Shown here: piece by piece, positions 34,697-41,885 of the stretch
Layout: every line of letters begins with the position of its first letter
How positions within the stretch are numbered: position 1 is the first letter of the stretch
From: an uncultured Actinomycetota bacterium
GTDB lineage: Bacteria > Actinomycetota > Actinomycetes > Mycobacteriales > Jatrophihabitantaceae
Direction of reading: 5' to 3'
DNA length: 64,000 nt
Assembly: GCA_963737425.1 (NCBI GenBank)
Contig: CAVTSX010000008.1
Location: 353,681-417,680 of the forward strand
Made by a program: the position numbers and the translations under genes
The notes under the pieces: generated by a model
Told to the model about the DNA's origin: nothing
Seen by the model: only the letters and a program-made list of their open reading frames with translations
Databases searched by the model: none

Positions 34697-34983
34697 GATC
34701 CATTGCTCCCGCCCACGGTGGTCGAGCTCTGGCTACCTGCGCTGAGCCCGCTGTTGTTGCTGGACGACGTGGCGGCGCTTGTCGGTGTGCTGCTCGTCGG
34801 GGTGCTCGTGGTCGAATTGTTCGACGTCGTGGTGGTGGTCGTGGTCGTGCCTGCCGGCTGCGCAGCGGAGTGTCCGACCGCCGAGACGAGCGTTGCGGTG
34901 AGCGCGACGCCGGCTGAGCCGATCCCAAAGGCGGCAAGACCGGCGCGGTTCAGCAGGCGCCTGGTCGGAGGTTGTGTCGTCAT
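34693..34983 (-). CDS. Tat-signal, Thr/Ser-rich 96-aa secreted mini-protein
   Basis: MTTQPPTRRLLNRAGLAAFGIGSAGVALTATLV (twin-Arg signal) followed only by low-complexity TTTTTTTTSNNSTTSTPTSSTPTSAATSSSNNSG... ATGA overlap with apbE. It occupies the slot where an FMN-binding-domain protein would be expected. Confidence 0.55.
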   Translation of the reverse strand: MTTQPPTRRLLNRAGLAAFGIGSAGVALTATLVSAVGHSAAQPAGTTTTTTTTSNNSTTSTPTSSTPTSAATSSSNNSGLSAGSQSSTTVGGSNGS

Positions 34984-35123
34984 GGGTCGACTGTCGCGTC
35001 AGGACCATCAGCCCCGCGTCACCGCAAGATCAAGCCCGTCCTAAGGCGGCTTAGGAACCCGCTGAGGTGCGACCCCGAACCCGGCGCCCACGGCAGCGCC
35101 CGAAACGCGCTGCAATCGGTCGG

Positions 35124-36461
35124 CTACGGCGGGCCCAGCTCCAGCGTGATCTGCGCCCCGCCCGACGGCGAGCGTCCCACGCGCAGGGAGCCACCCGACG
35201 TTTCGGCGCATTGCCGGGCGATGTCGAGGCCCAACCCGCTTGAGCCGCGGTCGCTACGGCCGCGCTCGCCGGCGCCTTCGGGCAATCCGGGGCCTTCGTC
35301 GCTTACGACGAGGGTTGCTCCGCTCTCCGACGCGGCCAGGGTCACCGCGAACGGCGTGCCCTCCGGGGTATGCGCAATGACGTTCTCCAGCAGGGCATCG
35401 ACCGCCGCCGCCAGGTCTTCGGCCGATGCTCGCACCGGAAGCGGAGAGTCCGGCAGCGAGATCTCGCGGTGTCGCTCCTGATCGTCGGCCAGCGCCGACC
35501 AGAAGCTGACCCGCGATGCGACGACTGACGTCGCGTCGGCCGAGGGCAGCAGCCCTTCACGTTGGGGCCGGCGGGCAGCGCGGATCACGGCGGTCAGGGT
35601 GCGCTCCAGCGACGTGACGTGCGCTCCGATCCGCTCGGCCTCATCGGCGTCGCGTAGCCCTTCGGCGTCCAGACGAAGGGCCGTCAACGGCGTACGCATG
35701 CGGTGCGACATGTCGGCGACGGTCTCGCGCTCTTCGGCGATGAGTTCGTCGATGCGATCGGCGAGCAGGTTCAGCGCCGATCCGACCTCGGCGATCTCGC
35801 GCGGGCCCGACGTGGGCGCCCGCGCCGTGACGTCGCCGGTGCTGAGCCGCCGGGCCGTCTGCGCGGTACGCACCAGCGGCGCAACGATTCGCCGGGTCAG
35901 CAACTCCCCGCCGATCACCCCGATCAGGAGCAGCCCGACGCTGCCCGCCGCGATCAGCGCGTACCAGCGTCCGACGCCGTTGTTGAGCGAATTGGTGGAC
36001 GCGAACACGCTGATCCGATAGGTGCCAGTCGGGATGCGCGTGAAGAGCTCGGCGACCTTGCCGCCTGGCACGTTGCGCAACTGGGCGTTGTTGGGCGGCG
36101 GTCCGCGAACGGGGCCGGTTCCTTCGCCGGACGTCTCCGCGGGATTTCCCGCACCCTCGTCGGACGGACGCGGGCCGGCGTTGTCGCCCTCTCGCTCGGT
36201 GCCGAGGACGGTCCCGTCGGGCATCTGCACCGACGTGCTGCGATTGTCGTCTTGCTGGAGCTTGTCCAGATAGGTCGTGATCGTGCTCGTGGTCGGGGTG
36301 CCGGTACCGAGGAATTGCGCGACGGACTGAGCCTGATCGCGGATCGAACGCTCGCCGCGCTGCTCCACCGCCGAGCGCACCATCAGCGCCACCGGCACCG
36401 CGAAAGCCAACACCACGAGGACGGTGATGCCGGTGACGAGCAACAGGATCCGGCGTCGCAT
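35124..36461 (-). CDS. Sensor histidine kinase (two TM, HAMP, HisKA, HATPase_c)
   Basis: H-box ADMSHRMRTPLTAL, N/G boxes (LLENVIAHTP, VSDEGPGLP, GSSGLGLDIA). Immediately follows the response regulator (TGAATG). Confidence 0.85.
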   Translation of the reverse strand: MRRRILLLVTGITVLVVLAFAVPVALMVRSAVEQRGERSIRDQAQSVAQFLGTGTPTTSTITTYLDKLQQDDNRSTSVQMPDGTVLGTEREGDNAGPRPSDEGAGNPAETSGEGTGPVRGPPPNNAQLRNVPGGKVAELFTRIPTGTYRISVFASTNSLNNGVGRWYALIAAGSVGLLLIGVIGGELLTRRIVAPLVRTAQTARRLSTGDVTARAPTSGPREIAEVGSALNLLADRIDELIAEERETVADMSHRMRTPLTALRLDAEGLRDADEAERIGAHVTSLERTLTAVIRAARRPQREGLLPSADATSVVASRVSFWSALADDQERHREISLPDSPLPVRASAEDLAAAVDALLENVIAHTPEGTPFAVTLAASESGATLVVSDEGPGLPEGAGERGRSDRGSSGLGLDIARQCAETSGGSLRVGRSPSGGAQITLELGPP

Positions 36462-37148
36462 TCAGGCCTCGGGCGCCGCGAGCCGCACGCCGACCCCACG
36501 GACGCTGTGCAGGTACCGCGGATGCTTGGCCGATTCGCCGAGCTTGCGACGCAGCCACGACAGGTGCACGTCGACTGTGCGGTCCGAGCCGCCCCAGGCG
36601 AGCTGCCAGACCTCGGCGAGCAGATCGCGTTTCGTGACGACCTCGCCGGGGTGGCGGGCGAGGGCGAGCAGTAGGTCGAACTCCTTGCGGGCAAGTTCGA
36701 CCGGCTGGTTGTCGAGGCTGACCTCGCGGCTGCGGGTGTCGATATGCAGCCCGCCCAACACGATCGTCGGATCCTCTTCCTCGGCACGACCGGAGCGGCG
36801 CAGCACCGCCCCGATCCGCGCGTTCAGCTGTGCCGCCGTGAACGGCTTGATCACGTAGTCGTCCGCGCCGAGGTTGAGCAGTCGCACCACATCGGCCTCG
36901 TCGTCTCGCGCCGTCGCGATGATCACCGGGACATCGCTGACGGCGCGCAGCATCGAGAGCACGTCCGCGCCGTCGATGTCGGGAAGCCCCAGATCGAGCA
37001 GGACGACGTCCGGGCGCTGTTCGACCGCGGCCGTCAGCGCCGGCATACCCGAGCCCACGCTTGTGACGACGTGCCCGTGATCGTGCAGGGAGCGGGTCAG
37101 GGCAACGCGTATCGCCGCGTCATCCTCGACCAGCAGCACCTGCGGCAT
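36462..37148 (-). CDS. OmpR/PhoB-family response regulator
   Basis: MPQVLLVEDD...DVVLLDLGLPDIDG receiver domain. C-terminal winged helix (EFDLLLALARHPGEVVTKRDLL...VDVHLSWLRRKL). Start at 37148 avoids overlap with the upstream gene. The track start at 37205 is an alternative. Confidence 0.9.
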   Translation of the reverse strand: MPQVLLVEDDAAIRVALTRSLHDHGHVVTSVGSGMPALTAAVEQRPDVVLLDLGLPDIDGADVLSMLRAVSDVPVIIATARDDEADVVRLLNLGADDYVIKPFTAAQLNARIGAVLRRSGRAEEEDPTIVLGGLHIDTRSREVSLDNQPVELARKEFDLLLALARHPGEVVTKRDLLAEVWQLAWGGSDRTVDVHLSWLRRKLGESAKHPRYLHSVRGVGVRLAAPEA

Positions 37149-37155
37149 CGAGGTG

Positions 37156-37515
37156 CTAGCGCTGCGGTTCGTCGCCGTCGGGACGGTCGCGACGGATGTC
37201 GTCATTGAGCCGGCGCAGGAACTCGGGGTCGTCGTCCGGCGCGATCGATCGTCGCGACGGACCCGCGGACGAGCCGGAGTGGCCCTGCCAGCCGAAGGGA
37301 GACCGCGGAGCGCGCACGTTCACCGATGCGCGTGGCCGGCCCCAGATGAACCAGGCGATGGCGCCGATGTCGAGCAGCAGCAGGACGATGATCAGCCAGA
37401 TCGCCTTGGGCAGGGTGCGGATGCGCTCAGCCGGCGCGGTGAGAGCGTCGAAGATTGCGTACAACCATGCAAGAACCGCGATCAGGGTGAATACGCCGCC
37501 GAGCCGGATGAACAT
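37156..37515 (-). CDS. Small membrane protein with PLD-nuclease N-terminal (PLDc_N) type domain
   Basis: MFIRLGGVFTLIAVLAWLYAIFDAL...LPKAIWLIIVLLLLDIGAIAWFIWGRP, two TM helices and a basic/acidic tail. Confidence 0.65.
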   Translation of the reverse strand: MFIRLGGVFTLIAVLAWLYAIFDALTAPAERIRTLPKAIWLIIVLLLLDIGAIAWFIWGRPRASVNVRAPRSPFGWQGHSGSSAGPSRRSIAPDDDPEFLRRLNDDIRRDRPDGDEPQR

Positions 37516-37568
37516 GCGTCCAGCGTATGCCTCCACAGCCGGGAGAGCCTTAGGCCGATACTGACGGG

Positions 37569-39032
37569 GTGGGATTCACGGATTTGCAGGATTTTCTGGC
37601 CGCGCTCGAGCGTGATGGCGATCTCGCGCGGGTGCGCGTACCCGTCGACCCCCACCTCGAGGTGACCGGCATAGTGCAGCGAGCCGTACGCGAGCAGGGC
37701 CCCGCCCTGCTGTTCGAGAACCCCACCCGCGGGCGGCTCCCGCTCGCGATCAACGTCTTCGGTACGCAGCGGCGCATGGCGCGCGCACTCGGCGTCGATC
37801 ATCTGGACGAGATCGGCGAGCGCATCGGCGAACTCCTCAAGCCCGAGTTGCCCCGCGGCATCGGCGGGCTGCGCGACGCGCTGGGCAAGGCGGCCCAGCT
37901 GCGCGCTGCCCCACCGCGGCGGGTGAAGGTCGCCCCGGTGCAGGAGATGGTCTACAAGGACGACGAGGTTGATCTCGCCATCCTGCCCGGCATCAAGGCA
38001 TGGCCCGACGACGGCGGGGTGTTCCTCAATCTGGGTCTGACCCATACGAAGCATCCCGAGACGGGCGCGCGAAATCTGGGCATGTACCGCCTGCAGATGC
38101 ACGACCAGCGCACGGTCGGGCTGCACTGGCAGATCCACAAGGACTCCACCTCGCACGCCGCGATCGCCGAGCGGCTCGGCGAGCGGCTGCCGGTGGCGAT
38201 CGCGTTCGGCTGCCCGCCCGCGGTCACGTACGCGGCGAGCGCGCCGCTGCCCGCCGACATCGACGAGTACCTGTTTGCCGGCTTCGTGCGGCGCGAACGC
38301 GTCGAACTCGTCGACTGCCTGTCCGTTCCGCTACAGGTGCCCGCTGCGGCGCAGGTCGTCCTCGAAGGATGGGTGACGCCTGGCGAGCGCCTGCCCGAGG
38401 GGCCGTTCGGCGACCACACCGGTTTCTACACGCCGGTCGAGCCGTTCCCGTTCATGCGGGTCGAGACGATGACGATGCGGTCCGACGCCGTCTACCAGTC
38501 GATCATCGTGGGCCGCCCGCCCCAGGAGGACGGCCCGATCGGCAAGGCGACCGAACGCATCTTCCTTCCCTTGCTGCGATTGACGATTCCCGAGATCGTC
38601 GACTACGACCTGCCCGAGGCAGGCGTCTTCCACAACTGTGTGATCGTGTCGATCGACAAGCGTTTCCCGAAGCACGCGCAGAAGGTGATGAACGCGATCT
38701 GGGGCGCGGGCCTGATGTCGTTGTCGAAGCTGATCGTCGTGGTCGACGCCGACTGCGATGTGCACGACTACGCCGAGGTCGCGTGGCGCGCGTTCGGCAA
38801 CGTCGACTACGCCCACGACGTGCAGCACACCGTCGGCCCGGTCGACCACCTCGACCACTCGTCCTACGAGCAGTTCTTCGGCGGCAAACTCGGGGTGGAC
38901 GCCACGCGCAAACTGCCGAGCGAGGGCTACCGCCGCGGCTGGCCGGCCGAGTGCGTGCTCGACGAGGCGACGACCGCCCGGGTTACGCGCCGCTGGAGCG
39001 AGTACGGCATCGGCCGCGGCGACAGCCGATGA
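37569..39032 (+). CDS. ubiD: UbiD-family decarboxylase (menaquinone late-step decarboxylase type)
   Basis: LQDFLAALERDGDLARV N-terminus, GMYRLQ, FGDHTGFY. Followed by UbiA- and UbiX-like genes. Confidence 0.9.
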   Translation: MGFTDLQDFLAALERDGDLARVRVPVDPHLEVTGIVQRAVREQGPALLFENPTRGRLPLAINVFGTQRRMARALGVDHLDEIGERIGELLKPELPRGIGGLRDALGKAAQLRAAPPRRVKVAPVQEMVYKDDEVDLAILPGIKAWPDDGGVFLNLGLTHTKHPETGARNLGMYRLQMHDQRTVGLHWQIHKDSTSHAAIAERLGERLPVAIAFGCPPAVTYAASAPLPADIDEYLFAGFVRRERVELVDCLSVPLQVPAAAQVVLEGWVTPGERLPEGPFGDHTGFYTPVEPFPFMRVETMTMRSDAVYQSIIVGRPPQEDGPIGKATERIFLPLLRLTIPEIVDYDLPEAGVFHNCVIVSIDKRFPKHAQKVMNAIWGAGLMSLSKLIVVVDADCDVHDYAEVAWRAFGNVDYAHDVQHTVGPVDHLDHSSYEQFFGGKLGVDATRKLPSEGYRRGWPAECVLDEATTARVTRRWSEYGIGRGDSR

Positions 39033-39964
39033 CCGACCCCGTTCGCGATGAGGTTGAGCAATCGCCCGGCCCAGGCGTGAAGGCCGGTCCTACGGGTGGC
39101 GTAAGGAAGTTCTTCCGGCTGGTCATGATCGAGCACTCGGTATTCGCCCTGCCGTTCGCCTACATCGCGGCGCTGACGGCGATGTGGAGTGAGAGCCGCT
39201 CGGTGCACTGGTGGGAGCTGGTGCTCATCACGGTCGCCATGGTGTCGGCTCGGACGGTGGCGATGAGCGCCAACCGCATCCTCGACCGCGGCTTCGATGC
39301 GCTGAACCCCCGTACCGCCAAGCGCGAACTGGTCACCGGCGAGATGTCGGTGCGTTCGGCGTGGACGGGCACTGTCGTCGCCCTGGTGGTGTTCCTGGCC
39401 TCGGCGGCTGCGCTGTCGTGGCTGTGCCTGGTGCTGGCGCCGGTCGCGGTCGGGCTGCTCGTCCTCTACTCGTACGGCAAGCGGTTCACCGACTTTCCGC
39501 AGGTGCTGCTTGCGCTTGCGCAGATGGTGGCACCGGTCGGGGCGTGGCTCGCCGTCACCGGGCAGCTGAGCTGGGCCTCGTTCGCCTTGGGCCTCGCGGT
39601 CGGCACGTGGATCGGCGGCTTCGATCTCATCTACTCCTGCCAGGACGCCGAGGTCGACCGGCGCATCGGCTCGCGCTCGTTCCCGGCACGGTTCGGCATT
39701 CCGGCCGCCTTGCGCGCGTCCGCGATCGTGCACGTCGGCACGTTCGCCTGCTTCGCATGGTTCGGTGCCGCCGCAGGTCTTGGCTGGTTGTGGTGGACGG
39801 GCCTGGCGCTCACCGCGGTCGTCCTCGCCTACGAGCACCGCATCGTCCGCGCCGACGACCTGAGCCGGGTGAACCGCGCGTTCTTCACCGCCAACGGCGT
39901 CATCGGCATCGGACTGTTCGGGTTCGCTCTGGCCGACCTGATCGTCCAAGGGCTGGGCGCATGA
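39029..39964 (+). CDS. ubiA: UbiA-family aromatic prenyltransferase (menaquinone prenylation type)
   Basis: ATGA overlap with the ubiD stop. IEHSVFALPFAYIAAL, NRILDRGFDALNPRT (NxxxD motif), CQDAEVDRRIG (second Asp-rich motif). Confidence 0.85.
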   Translation: MTDPVRDEVEQSPGPGVKAGPTGGVRKFFRLVMIEHSVFALPFAYIAALTAMWSESRSVHWWELVLITVAMVSARTVAMSANRILDRGFDALNPRTAKRELVTGEMSVRSAWTGTVVALVVFLASAAALSWLCLVLAPVAVGLLVLYSYGKRFTDFPQVLLALAQMVAPVGAWLAVTGQLSWASFALGLAVGTWIGGFDLIYSCQDAEVDRRIGSRSFPARFGIPAALRASAIVHVGTFACFAWFGAAAGLGWLWWTGLALTAVVLAYEHRIVRADDLSRVNRAFFTANGVIGIGLFGFALADLIVQGLGA

Positions 39965-39990
39965 GACGCGGTCTGCTCTCGTCACCTCAG

Positions 39991-40058
39991 TTGAGTGGTG
40001 AGTTATCGCTTGAGTGGTGCGTTGTAACGCACCACTCAAGCCCAAACGCACCACTCAA
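39991..40058. repeat. 68-bp dyad element, family 2 (TTGAGTGGTGC core), copy F, 19 nt upstream of ubiX
   Basis: TTGAGTGGTG-AGTTATCGC-TTGAGTGGTGCGTTGTAACGCACCACTCAA-GCCCAAAC-GCACCACTCAA. It has two direct and two inverted cores with a central palindrome. Confidence 0.85.
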
Positions 40059-40076
40059 CGAAAAGGGCGGCGGCTC

Positions 40077-40763
40077 ATGAGCAGCCGCGCGCCGTGGATT
40101 GTGGGGGTGTCCGGGGCATCGGGCACGCCTTACGCGCGGGCTGTGCTGTGCGGCCTGCTCGACGCCGGCCTGCCGGTCGACCTGGTCATCTCCCGCGCGG
40201 CGCGGCTGACCTTGCTGGACGAGACCGGGCTGGCCTTTCGCGACGCGCACTGGCGCGACGATCTCGCCGCGTGGCTCGGGCGCGAGCCGTCCGGTGTCGG
40301 GTACTGGAGCGCGGCTGACCTCGCGGCCGGCCCGGCTTCGGGCTCCTACCGGGCGAGGGGCATGGTCGTCGTGCCCGCCTCGACGGCGTCGCTTGCCGGC
40401 ATAGCGATCGGGCTGTCCAAGGACCTGCTGCAACGCGCCGCCGAGGTCACGCTCAAGGAGCGGCGTCCGCTCGTCGTCGTGCCGCGCGAGGCGCCCTACA
40501 GCCGCTCGACGTTGCAGCACATGCTCGCGCTGCACGATGCGGGCGCGGTGGTACTACCGGCGAGCCCCGGCTTCTACGGCGCACCGGCGTCGGTGCAGCA
40601 ACTCGTCGACTTCGTCGCCGCGAAGGTGCTCGACGTCCTCGGCATCGAGCACGACCTGATCGTCCGGTGGACGGGTGAACTCGGCGCGGCTCGAGCTGCA
40701 GATCGATCCGCCGCTCGATCCGCGGCCGATTTGACGGCCGGCCATCCGTCCGGGTCAGACTGA
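40077..40763 (+). CDS. ubiX: UbiX-family flavin prenyltransferase
   Basis: Start MSSRAPWIVGVSGASGTPYA, VVPASTASLAGIAIG, LVVVPREAP. The track start at 40014 lies inside the repeat and is rejected. Confidence 0.9.
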   Translation: MSSRAPWIVGVSGASGTPYARAVLCGLLDAGLPVDLVISRAARLTLLDETGLAFRDAHWRDDLAAWLGREPSGVGYWSAADLAAGPASGSYRARGMVVVPASTASLAGIAIGLSKDLLQRAAEVTLKERRPLVVVPREAPYSRSTLQHMLALHDAGAVVLPASPGFYGAPASVQQLVDFVAAKVLDVLGIEHDLIVRWTGELGAARAADRSAARSAADLTAGHPSGSD

Positions 40764-40767
40764 CTAC

Positions 40768-41214
40768 GTGGATTCCGTTGATCGGCAGCTACTCGACGCC
40801 CTGCGCGCCAATGGCCGCGCGACATATGCCGAACTGGCCCGCGTGGTCGGGCTGTCCGCACCTGCCGTCCACGAGCGAGTGGGCAAGCTCGAAGCCGCCG
40901 GCGTGATCAGCGGCTATCACGCGGCGGTCGCGCCCGAGTCGCTCGGCTACTCCATGAGCGCCCTGATCGGGCTGTTCCTCTCTGACAAGGCGAACCCCGA
41001 TGTCGTGTCCAGCGAGCTCGGGAAGGTGCCCGAGGTCGAGGACTGCTGGTTCGTCGCCGGTGAGGAGTCCTACGTCGTCAAGGTGCGCGTCGCCGACGTC
41101 GGCGCGCTCGAGCAGATGATCGGGACGCTGAACAGCATCCGCGGGGTGGCTCGAACGCGCACGACCGTGGTGCTGTCGACCAAGTTCGAGGGACGCGTTC
41201 AGCCCGCCGGGTGA
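40768..41214 (+). CDS. Lrp/AsnC family transcriptional regulator
   Basis: DRQLLDALRANGRATYAELARVVGLSAPAVHERVGKLE HTH plus a C-terminal RAM/ACT-like domain. Confidence 0.9.
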   Translation: MDSVDRQLLDALRANGRATYAELARVVGLSAPAVHERVGKLEAAGVISGYHAAVAPESLGYSMSALIGLFLSDKANPDVVSSELGKVPEVEDCWFVAGEESYVVKVRVADVGALEQMIGTLNSIRGVARTRTTVVLSTKFEGRVQPAG

Positions 41215-41885
41215 GCCTTCGCGAGCCATGCGCTGAACTGCTCGGCGTCGGGGTCGCCGGTGAGGTCCATGACCGCATGGCCGATGGCCGCGGCGCGCAG
41301 TACCCGGTCGGCGACCACCTCGAGGTCACCCCAGGGCAGGAACGGTTTCGCGACGAACAGCGACGCAATGCCGTGCGCCGCGGCCCACAGTTCGAGGACG
41401 AGCGGCAGCGGGTCGCCGCGGGCGAAGATGCCGGCGTCCATGCAATCGAGGACCGTCGCGTGGATGTACAGGAACGCCGATGTGCCGAGCACCTCGTCGA
41501 CGTCGCCGGCCTCGGTCCGGAAGTTCATCGTCACGAGCCGGTAGCACTCCGGGTTGGCCCGCGCGAAGCGCACGCACGCCAGGCCCTGCCGGCGCAGCCG
41601 CTCCAGCGGGTGCTCGACGCCCTCGCCCGCCTGCCGGATCGCCTCACCGATGTCGGTGAACAGGTCGGCCGCCACCGCGTCGAGCAGGGCGTCCTTGTCG
41701 GCGAAGTGCAGGTATATCGACGGCGGGGTGACGCCGACGTGGGCGGCGACGGCCCGGATCGACACCGCGTCCGCGCTGCCGAGTTCGGTCAGGCACTCGC
41801 GGGCGGCGGCGATTATCTCGCCCCGCAGCTGCTCGCCGGAGCCCTTGGGGGAGCGGTGCCGGCGAGCAGTGGGTTTCAGCGTCAC
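41199..41885 (-). CDS. TetR/AcrR family transcriptional regulator
   Basis: GTG start with GTGA overlap on the MMPL stop. HTH RGEIIAAARECLTELGSADAVSIRAVAAHVGVTPPSIYLHFADK. The 458-aa track ORF is rejected. Confidence 0.85.
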   Translation of the reverse strand: MTLKPTARRHRSPKGSGEQLRGEIIAAARECLTELGSADAVSIRAVAAHVGVTPPSIYLHFADKDALLDAVAADLFTDIGEAIRQAGEGVEHPLERLRRQGLACVRFARANPECYRLVTMNFRTEAGDVDEVLGTSAFLYIHATVLDCMDAGIFARGDPLPLVLELWAAAHGIASLFVAKPFLPWGDLEVVADRVLRAAAIGHAVMDLTGDPDAEQFSAWLAKAHPAG

